A stretch of 62,325 nt of DNA, taken from positions 1 through 62,325 of the forward strand of contig JBOGWP010000131.1 in NCBI GenBank assembly GCA_050693875.1, in the 5' to 3' direction. This DNA is from Actinomycetota bacterium (GTDB lineage: Bacteria; Actinomycetota; CADDZG01; JAHWKV01; JBOGWP01). Below the pieces are notes generated by a model, which saw nothing but the letters and a program-made list of their open reading frames with translations, ran no database searches and was not told where the DNA came from. Below, one piece after another: positions 12,575-25,417 of the stretch (position 1 is the stretch's first letter; every line of letters begins with the position of its first letter). The translations under genes were made by a program, and so were the position numbers.

Positions 12575-14614
12575 TCAGAGTCTTGGGGCCGCGATCCCCC
12601 TGATCGGAGCGTTGAGCCGGATCCCGCCCGTCGAGCCGAGAAATCCGGCATCACCGAAGGCGAAGATCCCGCCGTCGGAGCCCACGAGCCAGTACCCGGC
12701 GCCGCTTGGTGTCGATGCCATGCCCACAATGGGCGCGTTGAGCGAGATTCCGCCCGTCGAGCCGAGAAATCCGGCATCACCGAAGGCGAAGATGCCACCG
12801 TCCGACGCGACCAGCCAGTACCCGTTCCCGCTCGGGGTCGGCGCGACGCCGACGATCGGCCGGTTGAGCCGGATGCCACCCGTGGAGCCGAGGAACTTGG
12901 CGTCCCCTTGGGCGAAGATCCCCCCGTCGGCGGCGACCAGCCAGTACCCCTTGCCCGAGGGGGTGGGGGCCATTCCGGCGATGGGAGCGTTCAGGGGTGC
13001 GTTGCCGGTCGACCCGAGGAACTCGGCATCGCCGAAGCTGAAGACGCCGCCGTCCGCTGCGATCAACCAGTAACCGCGCGCTGTGCGGGTGGGACTCATC
13101 CCGACGATCGGGGCGGCGAGCGGCAGGCCTGCGGCAGAGCCGAGGAAGCAGGCGTCCCCAAAGCTGAACACCCCTCCATCGGAAGCGACCATCCAGTAGC
13201 CCCCCGGCGTCCGTCCCGGGGCCATCGCCACAACCGGCTCGGCCAGCGCGATGCCGCCGGTCGACCCCAGGAACGCGGCGTTGCCGAAAGCGAAGACGCC
13301 GCCGTCGCTGGCGACGGTCCAGTAGCCCTGCGACACTGCGACGCCCGGCCCGCCTTCGAGTCGGGCGAGGGCGAAGGATCGTGAGGCGGTTCCAGAACGG
13401 CCCGCGGTGCCGGCGAGCAGGATGCGTCCGTCGGCAGCGATCGCGACGGCGTGCGCCTCGTCGGCGCGGTCGCTGAAGTCAACCGTCGCCCGTCCAGATC
13501 CGCCGAAGCTGGTGTCGACGCTGCCGTCCGGGTTCAGCCGTGCTGCCCCGAACTGCCGCTCGCCCGGGGCCGCCCCGCCCGCGCTGCCCGCAATCACGAT
13601 CCTGCCATTCGGCTCGACGACAAGGTCGTCGGCCCGGTCCTCGCCGCACGCGAAGTCGAGGAACGCGGCGCCGCGCCGGCCGAATGACGTGTCCTCGGTC
13701 CCATCGGGGTTGAGGCGGGCCAGGACGACGTCGTCGACCGTGCTTCCGGAGATGACGAGCTTCCCGTCCGGGAGCACCGCGATCCCCGTGGCGCCGAGCG
13801 TCCCGACGCCGAAGTTCACCCGCAGGCGTCCGCTGCCGGCGAAGGTGTCGTCCACGGTGCCGTCCGGGTTGTAGCGGACGACGGCCATCTCGTTGATGTT
13901 CGTGCCCGCGGCGACGACCTTCCCGTCCGCCTGGAGTGCGAGGTCGTCGATCTGGGCGAAGTCCGAGCCGAACCCTGTGGTGACGGTCCCGTCCGGACCG
14001 AAGCTCGGGTCCGGGGACCCGTCCGGGAGGTACCGCGCCAGCGCGAAGAGGACGGGGCTCGAGCTCGTGGGCGACGTCAGGGCCGACCCGCCGGCGACGA
14101 TCTTGCCGTCGTCCTGGACGACGAGCGCCCTCGCCCCCGACGTCGACTGATTGGCGAAGCTGGTTGCCGTTCCGCCGGAGCCGAAGGCCGAGTCGAGCGT
14201 CCCATCCGGCAGATAGCGCGCGACCCCGAAGGCGTCGAAGTCACCGGCGACGAGGATCCCGCCGCCGGGCTGCAGGGCAAGGTCGTAGGCGACGTCGCGG
14301 CCCCCGAAGTTCGTGATGACCTTGCCGTCGCCGCCGAAGCCGGGATCGAGGATGCCGCGGGTGTCGTACCGGGCGAGGGCCACGTCGGCTCCCCCCGCGG
14401 TCGCGGTGGTGCCCGCGGCGAGCACCTTCCCGTCGGGCTGGACCGCGACCGCGAACGCGTCGTCGCGGCTCCCCAGCCCGAACGAGGTGGTGAGGGTGCC
14501 GCCGGCTCCGAACCCGGGATCCGGGTCGGCGGGACCCGCACCTCCCGGCGCTGCCAGCGACACCAGCAGCAGGGCCGGGAGGAGTGCGATCAATGCCCGC
14601 CGCGAGCCGGTCAT
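12575..14614 (-). CDS. secreted repeat protein: seven delta-60-type repeats followed by seven roughly 40-aa GYW/DGG repeats
   Basis: Signal peptide MTGSRRALIALLPALLLVSLAAPGGAG (ATG 14614; ATG 14641 is an alternative). The first half repeats DPxFGxxG...LQPDGKIVxAG...ARYxPDGxLD (delta-60 repeat, TIGR02608 type). The second half repeats GYWLVASDGGIFAFGDAxFLGSTGGxxLNAPIVG seven times. The track start at 14809 would overlap glyA and is rejected. Confidence 0.85.
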   Translation of the reverse strand: MTGSRRALIALLPALLLVSLAAPGGAGPADPDPGFGAGGTLTTSFGLGSRDDAFAVAVQPDGKVLAAGTTATAGGADVALARYDTRGILDPGFGGDGKVITNFGGRDVAYDLALQPGGGILVAGDFDAFGVARYLPDGTLDSAFGSGGTATSFANQSTSGARALVVQDDGKIVAGGSALTSPTSSSPVLFALARYLPDGSPDPSFGPDGTVTTGFGSDFAQIDDLALQADGKVVAAGTNINEMAVVRYNPDGTVDDTFAGSGRLRVNFGVGTLGATGIAVLPDGKLVISGSTVDDVVLARLNPDGTEDTSFGRRGAAFLDFACGEDRADDLVVEPNGRIVIAGSAGGAAPGERQFGAARLNPDGSVDTSFGGSGRATVDFSDRADEAHAVAIAADGRILLAGTAGRSGTASRSFALARLEGGPGVAVSQGYWTVASDGGVFAFGNAAFLGSTGGIALAEPVVAMAPGRTPGGYWMVASDGGVFSFGDACFLGSAAGLPLAAPIVGMSPTRTARGYWLIAADGGVFSFGDAEFLGSTGNAPLNAPIAGMAPTPSGKGYWLVAADGGIFAQGDAKFLGSTGGIRLNRPIVGVAPTPSGNGYWLVASDGGIFAFGDAGFLGSTGGISLNAPIVGMASTPSGAGYWLVGSDGGIFAFGDAGFLGSTGGIRLNAPIRGIAAPRL
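12578..13334 (-). repeat. seven tandem 120-126-nt coding repeats inside the repeat-protein gene
   Basis: Periodicity is visible at DNA level. The last two units share a 44-nt identical run (12624-12667 and 12750-12793). Confidence 0.8.
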
Positions 14615-14691
14615 CGGGTGGTGCCCGTGCCGCGAGATCATGCCTGGACCGAATGCCACACCGGTTCCCGGCCGGCTGTCAAGGCGGTTCC

Positions 14692-15951
14692 TCAGCCGCC
14701 GATGCCGATACCGGGCGGCGGGAAGGCGGCGCACATCTCCCGGATCTCGTCCGCCGCCCGCGCGGCGAGGGCCTCGTCGTCGGGCGCGCCCACGATCTGG
14801 TCGATCCACGCCGCGATGCGCCGCATCTCCTGCTGGCGCATCCCCCGAGAGGTGACGGCAGGTGTCCCCAGCCGGATTCCCGAGGGGTCGAACGGTGTGC
14901 GCGGGTCGAAGGGAACGGTGTTGAAGTTCAGTTCGATCCCCGCTCGGTCCAGCGCCTTGGCGGCGACCTTGCCGGTAACGTGCTTGCCGGTGAGATCGAC
15001 CAGGATCAGATGGTTGTCGGTGCCGCCCGACACCAGGTCGAAGCCCCGCTCCATCAAGCCGTCGGCAAGGGCCCCGGCATTGGCGACGATCTGCCGGGCA
15101 TACGCAGTGAAGGCGGGCTCCGCCGCCTCCTGGAGCGCCACCGCGATCGCCGCGGTGGTGTGGTTGTGCGGGCCGCCCTGGAGCCCGGGGAACACCGAGC
15201 GGTCCAGCCCCCTGGCGTGCTGCTCCTTGGAGAGGATCATCGCTCCGCGCGGCCCCCGCAGCGTCTTGTGGGTCGTGGTCGTGACGGCGTCGGCTACGGG
15301 GACCGGCGACGGGTGGACGCCACCGGCGATCAACCCGGCGATGTGGGCCACGTCGGCGACGAAGATGGCCCCCACCTCGCGGGCGACCTCGGCGAAGGCC
15401 TCGAAGTGGATGATCCGCGGGATCGCCGTCCCGCCCGCCCAGATCAGCTTGGGCCGCTCCTTGCGCGCGAGGTCGCGCACCTCGTCGTAGTCGAGCCGGC
15501 CGGTCTCCTTTCGAACGCCGTAGGGGATCGCGCGGAAGTATTTGCCGCTGATCGCGACCGACGCCCCGTGGGTGAGGTGGCCGCCGTGAGGGAGGGCCAT
15601 CCCCATGAACGGGTCGCCGGGCTGGAGGAAGGTGAGATACACCGCGAGGTTGGCCGGGGAGCCCGAGTAGGGCTGGACGTTGGCGTGCTCGGCGCCGAAG
15701 AGGGCCTTCGCCCGCTCGATCGCGATCGTCTCGACCGGGTCGATGAACTGCTGGCCCTCGTAGTAGCGGCGATTTGGGTATCCCTCCGAGTACTTGTTGG
15801 TGAGGACGGTCCCGGTCGCCTCGAGCACCGCCTGCGACACGTAGTTCTCGGAGGGGATCAGGCGCACCTTGTCGTGCTGGCGGCGCTCCTCAGCCGTGAT
15901 CAACCCGGCGATTTCCGGGTCGGCGGCAGCGAGTGCGGGGTGGTCGGTCAC
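14692..15951 (-). CDS. glyA: serine hydroxymethyltransferase
   Basis: 419 aa with the PLP-lysine motif VTTTTHKTLRGPRG and N-terminal IPSENYVSQAVLEATGTVLTNKYSEGYP. GTG start. Confidence 0.95.
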   Translation of the reverse strand: MTDHPALAAADPEIAGLITAEERRQHDKVRLIPSENYVSQAVLEATGTVLTNKYSEGYPNRRYYEGQQFIDPVETIAIERAKALFGAEHANVQPYSGSPANLAVYLTFLQPGDPFMGMALPHGGHLTHGASVAISGKYFRAIPYGVRKETGRLDYDEVRDLARKERPKLIWAGGTAIPRIIHFEAFAEVAREVGAIFVADVAHIAGLIAGGVHPSPVPVADAVTTTTHKTLRGPRGAMILSKEQHARGLDRSVFPGLQGGPHNHTTAAIAVALQEAAEPAFTAYARQIVANAGALADGLMERGFDLVSGGTDNHLILVDLTGKHVTGKVAAKALDRAGIELNFNTVPFDPRTPFDPSGIRLGTPAVTSRGMRQQEMRRIAAWIDQIVGAPDDEALAARAADEIREMCAAFPPPGIGIGG

Positions 15952-15957
15952 GGGCGC

Positions 15958-15986
15958 AACCTACGTGCGGGGGCAACCGGGGTCAA
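15958..15986 (-). promoter_or_regulatory. candidate glyA promoter giving a leaderless mRNA
   Basis: On the minus strand: TTGACC (15986-15981), a 17-nt spacer, TAGGTT (15963-15958), then 6 nt before the GTG start at 15951. Confidence 0.45.
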
Positions 15987-16070
15987 ATGGTGAGGACGGC
16001 CGCGGCTTCCAACCGCGCCGCCGCACCTCCGTACCTGGCGTCCGGGTCCCCCGATGGGGAGAATGTCCCG

Positions 16071-17273
16071 ATGGGCGCCTATCTCGTCGTGCTGCTCGTC
16101 GCGCTCGGGGCGTCATACCTCGCCACCCCGCTGGTTCTCCGGCTCTCCCGGCGCGTGGGCGCAGTCGACATCCCGGACGACCGGAAGGTGCACGCGGTGC
16201 CGACCCCCACGCTCGGGGGCATCGCCATCTTCCTGGGGTTCCTCGCGGCCTTCGCGGTCTCCGCCGGGCTCGGCACGTTCCGCGAGACGACGCTCGCTCC
16301 GTTGCTGGCCTGGCCGCCGTCCACGGCGGTCGTGATCGCGATCGGCGCGGCCTTCGTCTTCGTGCTGGGCGTCGTCGACGACCTCACCGGGCTACCCGCC
16401 CCGGTCAAGCTTGCCGGCCAGATCGTCGCGGCCGGCTTCGTCTTCCTGCTCGGAGGCGTGAAGCTGCAGTGGCTGCGCTGGCCGCTCGGCACGCTCTCGT
16501 TGGGGCCGGCCGAGCAGGCCATCGTCACGATCGTCTGGATCGTCGTGATCGTGAACGCGGTCAACCTGATCGACGGGCTGGACGGGCTCGCCGGCGGGAT
16601 CACTGCCATCGCCGCGGCGACCTTCTTCGTGTACTCCTATCAGCTGTCCCGAGGGATGGCGTCCCCCGAGTTCGAGCAGACCGCGCCACTGGTGTCGATC
16701 GCGATCGTCGGGGCGATGCTCGGCTTCCTCCCCTTCAACTTCAACCCCGCACGCATCTTCATGGGTGACTCCGGCAGCATGACCGCGGGCTTCTTGCTCG
16801 CCACCGCGACCGTCGCCGGGGTGGGACGGGCGTCGCCGGTAAACCCCCTGTCGGAGTCGGTGATCTTCTACCTACCGGTGGTGATCCCGGTGATCGTGCT
16901 GGCGATCCCGATCCTCGACACCGCCCTCGCGGTGGTCCGGCGAGCCCGGATGGGACGGCACATCTTCCAGGCCGACAAGCAGCACCTCCACCACCGGCTG
17001 CTCGAGATCGGACATGGCCACCGCCAGGCGGTCCTGATCCTGTACGCATGGACCGCAGTGATCGCCGGCGCGGGACTCGCGCTCTCCTTCCTGCCCGACC
17101 CCCGCTACACCCTGCTGTTTGTCGCCGCCGGCGTGGCGATCTTCCTGTACACGATCCTGCCTCGCCTGGCGGGTTCGCGGGCGGCCCGTGCCGCAACGGC
17201 CGTCACGCCGGTGCCGAGTCGCCGCGGGCGAGCCGCCGGCGAGCCGCGCCAAGGTTCCCGCCGCTCCCCGTAG
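16071..17273 (+). CDS. wecA: undecaprenyl-phosphate GlcNAc-1-phosphate transferase (WecA/Rfe, MraY-like GT4 family)
   Basis: ATG 16071. Multi-TM protein with VPTPTLGGIAIF and NAVNLIDGLDGLAGG motifs. It occupies the conserved position just upstream of the atp operon. Confidence 0.87.
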   Translation: MGAYLVVLLVALGASYLATPLVLRLSRRVGAVDIPDDRKVHAVPTPTLGGIAIFLGFLAAFAVSAGLGTFRETTLAPLLAWPPSTAVVIAIGAAFVFVLGVVDDLTGLPAPVKLAGQIVAAGFVFLLGGVKLQWLRWPLGTLSLGPAEQAIVTIVWIVVIVNAVNLIDGLDGLAGGITAIAAATFFVYSYQLSRGMASPEFEQTAPLVSIAIVGAMLGFLPFNFNPARIFMGDSGSMTAGFLLATATVAGVGRASPVNPLSESVIFYLPVVIPVIVLAIPILDTALAVVRRARMGRHIFQADKQHLHHRLLEIGHGHRQAVLILYAWTAVIAGAGLALSFLPDPRYTLLFVAAGVAIFLYTILPRLAGSRAARAATAVTPVPSRRGRAAGEPRQGSRRSP

Positions 17274-17303
17274 GGTAGAATCCGGCACCGACCCCCCCGA
17301 TCC

Positions 17304-17525
17304 ATGCCGCAAAAACGGGACGAGCCACCATCAGCCCTGGCTGGATTCGGCCAGGCGATGGGACTATCGGCGGAGCTCGTGGTCACGACGCTGGTGGGCA
17401 CGGCGCTGGGCTGGTTCGTGGACAGGGGATTCGGGACGGGCCCCCTGTTCCTCATCCTCGGGATCTTGCTGGGGGCGGTGGGGGGCATCACGAGGGTCTG
17501 GAGAGCGTGGACAAGGCGAACGTAG
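17304..17525 (+). CDS. AtpZ/AtpI-family small membrane protein
   Basis: 73 aa with two TM helices (GLSAELVVTTLVGTALGWFVD, LFLILGILLGAVGG). It lies directly upstream of atpI/atpB. Confidence 0.7.
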   Translation: MPQKRDEPPSALAGFGQAMGLSAELVVTTLVGTALGWFVDRGFGTGPLFLILGILLGAVGGITRVWRAWTRRT

Positions 17526-17923
17526 AGGGCGAGCTGAGGGGGCGGCCGGGGGAGACTCGCCGGATGGCGATCGTCGCGGTGGCGCTGGCGGCGATCGCCG
17601 GGGTGGCAGCGATTCCCGCCGGAGGGGGAAGCATCTCGGCAGGTGCCGCCGCAGGCGCGCTCGCCGCCGGGGCGTATGCGGTGAGCTACGTGCGCACGCA
17701 TCTCTCCCGGGACCCGAACCGCCTCGTCGACGGCAAGGCCGTGGCCCAGGGCGGCGTACGCATCCTGCTCGTCGCAGCCGTTGCCCTGGCGATGCTTGTC
17801 GCCGGGCGACGGCCCTTCCTGGCCTACGTGATCGCCTTCGCCGGGGCGTTCCCACTGCTCATCGCGACGGAAATTCCACGCGCGCTCCGCCTGATCCGCC
17901 GGCGCGGCCCCGAGGGAAGCTAG
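17507..17923 (+). CDS. atpI: ATP synthase protein I (probable)
   Basis: 138 aa, hydrophobic Ala/Gly-rich, about 4 TM helices. The call rests on its position before atpB, not on a specific motif. Confidence 0.55.
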   Translation: MDKANVEGELRGRPGETRRMAIVAVALAAIAGVAAIPAGGGSISAGAAAGALAAGAYAVSYVRTHLSRDPNRLVDGKAVAQGGVRILLVAAVALAMLVAGRRPFLAYVIAFAGAFPLLIATEIPRALRLIRRRGPEGS

Positions 17924-17940
17924 AGGGAGGTAGGAGGTCC

Positions 17941-18756
17941 ATGTACGCGCTGCTTCTTGCCGCCGCTGAGAAGGATCAACAGTCGATCTTCAACGAGGTG
18001 CTCGAGCACCTCTCGCCCCACAGGTACTCGTGGGCCCCGCAGTGGAAGGTCGGCGCTTTCGACCTCACGTTCTCCAACGCGGTGCTGAACATATGGCTGT
18101 CAGCCCTGATCGTCTTGGTGCTGTTCTGGGCCGCCGCCTCGAAGCCGAAGCTCGTCCCGAGGGGGATCCAGAACGCCATCGAGGCGGTGATGGACTGGGC
18201 GAAGTCCAACCTGGTCTATTCGGTGATGTCGCCTAAGGACGGGCTGATTTGGGGGCCGCTGGTTCTGACCCTGTTCTTCTTCATTCTGATCATGAACGTG
18301 ATCGGGCTGATTCCGGTGATCGGGTTCACGCCGACCTCGAACATCTACCTCACCGCCACGCTCGCGTTCATGGTCTACCTTATCGCGATCATCGTGGGGA
18401 TGGCGAAGAACGGACCTCTGACGTTCTGGAAGAAGACCCTCTTTCCCCAGGGCGTGAACAAGGGCATCGCGATCTTCATGGCGATCCTCATCGAGCCGAT
18501 CTCACAGCTGGCACGCCCCTTCTCGCTGGCGGTCCGGCTGTTTGCGAACATGCTCGCCGACCACCTGTTGCTGTTGATCTTCGCCGGGTTCATCTTCCTT
18601 GGGAGCGGCGTGATTCTGGCGCTCGTGCTGCCGATCTCGGTGGTTTTCATGATCATCTTCACCGCCTTTGCCATCCTGGTCGCCTTCATCCAGGCGGTGG
18701 TGTTCGCCTACCTGTCCGCCATCTACATCAACGACGGGCTGCATCCCGGTCACTGA
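17941..18756 (+). CDS. atpB: F0 ATP synthase subunit a
   Basis: ATG 17941 follows GGAGG. Contains the conserved SLAVRLFANMLADH motif with the essential Arg. Confidence 0.95.
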   Translation: MYALLLAAAEKDQQSIFNEVLEHLSPHRYSWAPQWKVGAFDLTFSNAVLNIWLSALIVLVLFWAAASKPKLVPRGIQNAIEAVMDWAKSNLVYSVMSPKDGLIWGPLVLTLFFFILIMNVIGLIPVIGFTPTSNIYLTATLAFMVYLIAIIVGMAKNGPLTFWKKTLFPQGVNKGIAIFMAILIEPISQLARPFSLAVRLFANMLADHLLLLIFAGFIFLGSGVILALVLPISVVFMIIFTAFAILVAFIQAVVFAYLSAIYINDGLHPGH

Positions 18757-18775
18757 ACACGAAAGGAGTAGGGAC

Positions 18776-19054
18776 TTGGAACTCGCCTTGGTGCTGGCCC
18801 AGGAGGCGGCGGGTCTGACCAACAAGGGTCTGGCCCTCCTCGGCGCCGGAGCTGCCATCGGCTTCGGGGCCGGCGGAGGGGCCGTGGGGATCGGCATCCT
18901 CTGGTCGAAGGGAATCGAGGGGATCGGACGCCAGCCCGAGGCTCAGGGCCAGTTGCAGGGCCTCATGATCCTCGGGTTCGCCCTCGCCGAAGCCCAGGTT
19001 CTCTACTCGCTCGTCGTCGCGGTTCTCCTGCTGTTCGTCCTCGGAGGTCAGTAG
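18776..19054 (+). CDS. atpE: F0 ATP synthase subunit c
   Basis: TTG 18776 lies 7 nt after AAAGGAG. Two-helix hairpin with loop GRQPE and the carboxylate helix LGFALAEA. Confidence 0.9.
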   Translation: MELALVLAQEAAGLTNKGLALLGAGAAIGFGAGGGAVGIGILWSKGIEGIGRQPEAQGQLQGLMILGFALAEAQVLYSLVVAVLLLFVLGGQ

Positions 19055-19056
19055 CC

Positions 19057-19614
19057 ATGGTGGTGGCGATGCTGCTCGCAAAGGAGGAGGGAGGATTCAA
19101 CCCTCTGGCTCCGGAGCTGGGGCTGCCCATCTGGGTGACCATCGCCTTCATCGTCGTCCTCTACCTGCTGGCGAAGCGGGTCTTCCCGAAGCTGCAGGAA
19201 GGCCTCTCCGACCGGGAGGCTCGCATCAAGGAGGACCTCGAACAGGCCGAGCGGACGAAGCAGGAGGCCGAGAGGCTGTTGGAGGATTACAAGCAGCGCG
19301 TTGCGTCGGCCCGCGACGAGGCGGCGAAGGCCGCCCAGGAGATCCGTGAGACCGCCGAGTCGACGGCGAAGGATCTGGTCGCGAAGGCCGAAGGGGAGGC
19401 CCGCGGGATCGTCGAGCGGGCACAGTCGCAGCTCGAGGGAGAGCGCGACCGCGTCATCGGTCAGCTCCAGGGGGAGATCGGACGGCTCTCGACGCAGATC
19501 GCCGGACGCATCGTCCAGAAGGAGCTGTCCCCCGAGTCGCATCGCGATCTGATCGAGGGCTTCATCAAGGACATCCAGCGCGAGGGGCAACGCCAGGAGG
19601 GCCAGCGAACGTGA
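19057..19614 (+). CDS. atpF: F0 ATP synthase subunit b
   Basis: One N-terminal TM helix followed by a long charged coiled coil (EDLEQAERTKQEAERLLEDYKQR). Confidence 0.9.
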   Translation: MVVAMLLAKEEGGFNPLAPELGLPIWVTIAFIVVLYLLAKRVFPKLQEGLSDREARIKEDLEQAERTKQEAERLLEDYKQRVASARDEAAKAAQEIRETAESTAKDLVAKAEGEARGIVERAQSQLEGERDRVIGQLQGEIGRLSTQIAGRIVQKELSPESHRDLIEGFIKDIQREGQRQEGQRT

Positions 19615-20153
19615 GCTCGAGGGACCCCCGCGTCGCCGGATACGCCAAGGCGATCTTCGAGATCGTCCGTGCCGAGGGTGCGATCGACCGTGTGGCCGAC
19701 GAGCTGTTCCGCATCGCTCGGACGCTCGAGCGCGAGCACGAGCTGCGCCAAGCGCTGACCGACATCGCGGTTCCACCGGAGGGGAAGGAGAAGCTCCTCG
19801 AGGACATCCTCGGGAGCAAGGTCTCCCCGCACACCCTCAACATCCTGACGTTCGTGGTCCGGGCCGGGCGCACCCGCGCCCTGGTGGAGATCGCCGACGA
19901 GCTCGCCCGCCTCGCCGAGGAGGAGTCTCGCCGGGAGATCGCCGAGGTCCTCACCGCGGTTCCCCTCGACGAGGAGCAGACGAAGCGTCTCGGCGAGGCG
20001 CTCTCGAAAGCGACCGGAAAGAACGTCACCGTCAAGGTGATCGTCGACCCGTCGGTCGTAGGAGGCGTCTTCGCCCGGGTCGGCGACGTGGTGATCGACG
20101 GCACCGTCCGCCACAAGATGGACCTCCTCAAAGAACGCCTCCGCGTGCATTGA
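19611..20153 (+). CDS. atpH: F1 ATP synthase subunit delta (OSCP)
   Basis: 180 aa with an OSCP-like sequence. Assigned from its position between atpF and atpA. Confidence 0.9.
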   Translation: MSSRDPRVAGYAKAIFEIVRAEGAIDRVADELFRIARTLEREHELRQALTDIAVPPEGKEKLLEDILGSKVSPHTLNILTFVVRAGRTRALVEIADELARLAEEESRREIAEVLTAVPLDEEQTKRLGEALSKATGKNVTVKVIVDPSVVGGVFARVGDVVIDGTVRHKMDLLKERLRVH

Positions 20154-20172
20154 GAGTCCGGGAAGGAGATTG

Positions 20173-21783
<1,611 letters not shown>

Positions 21784-21789
21784 ACGCGC

Positions 21790-24453
<2,664 letters not shown>

Positions 24454-24496
24454 CCGCACGCATCGGCCTGGAGCTCCGCTACATCAGGCGGGACTG

Positions 24497-25417
24497 GTGC
24501 CAGAATCACGCCCGATGTCCATCGAGGCCGGAGCACCGGAGGGTCCGCTGGCGGTGGTGGCCGGCAGGGCGGCGTCCGCCATCGTCGTGGGCGACTGCGT
24601 CCGGTTGCTGGCCGGGCTACCCTCCGGGATTGTGCAGGCCTGCGTCACCTCCCCACCCTACTGGTCGCTGCGCGACTACGAGATCCAGGGGCAGATCGGC
24701 CTCGAGCCGTCGCTCGACGCCTATCTGGCGAACCTGGTGGCGGCCTTCGAGCAGGTGCGGCGGGTTCTGCGCGACGACGGAACCCTCTGGCTGAACGTCG
24801 GCGACTCCTACACATCGGGGGGACGGACGTGGCGAGCCCCCGACCGCAAGAACCCGATCCGCGCGATGCCGGTTCGCCCTCCGACCCCGGCGGGGCTCAA
24901 GCCCAAGGACCTCATCGGCGTCCCATGGCGCCTGGTCCTCGCCCTCCAGCAGGCGGGCTGGTACCTGCGGGCCGACGTCGTCTGGAGCAAGCCCAACTGC
25001 CAGCCGGAGAGCGTCAGGGATCGCCCGACGAGAAGCCATGAGTACCTGTTCCTGCTCAGCAAGAGCGAGCGGTACCGATACGACGAGGATGCGGTGCGAG
25101 GCCCCAACGGCCGCCGCCTTCGCACGGTGTGGGAGGTGCATACGCGGCCCTACCGCGAGGCCCACTTCGCCACCTTCCCGCCGGCCCTCGTCGAGCCGTG
25201 TATCGAACTGGGGACGCGGCCCGGCGACCTCGTGCTCGACCCCTTCCTCGGATCGGGGACGAGCGGGGCAGTGGCCCTCCGGCTCGGCCGCCGGTTCATC
25301 GGAATCGAGCTGAATCCCGAGTACGCGGAGATGGCCCGCAGGCGGGTTGGCAATATCCTCGCCGCAGGTGGCCAAGCGGGGCCGCCCCCGCCGGATCTAG
25401 ATGAGGTGGCGCGGTGA
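24497..25417 (+). CDS. DNA methyltransferase, beta-class N4/N6 type (SPPY catalytic motif)
   Basis: Motif IV TSPPY lies near the N-terminus and the AdoMet motif DPFLGSGTSG near the C-terminus, which is the permuted beta-class order. No endonuclease gene is nearby. Confidence 0.85.
   Translation: MPESRPMSIEAGAPEGPLAVVAGRAASAIVVGDCVRLLAGLPSGIVQACVTSPPYWSLRDYEIQGQIGLEPSLDAYLANLVAAFEQVRRVLRDDGTLWLNVGDSYTSGGRTWRAPDRKNPIRAMPVRPPTPAGLKPKDLIGVPWRLVLALQQAGWYLRADVVWSKPNCQPESVRDRPTRSHEYLFLLSKSERYRYDEDAVRGPNGRRLRTVWEVHTRPYREAHFATFPPALVEPCIELGTRPGDLVLDPFLGSGTSGAVALRLGRRFIGIELNPEYAEMARRRVGNILAAGGQAGPPPPDLDEVAR

Noticed and set aside
14615-14809. A longer start (14809 or 14641) for the repeat protein.
   Set aside because: The 14809 start overlaps the 3' end of glyA and encodes an Arg-rich non-signal sequence. 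ATG 14614 gives a clean signal peptide, though 14641 cannot be excluded.
15952-16070. ZTP/THF-type riboswitch upstream of glyA.
   Set aside because: I could not find the conserved pfl/ZTP sequence blocks. The promoter-like element leaves essentially no leader in which a riboswitch could fold.
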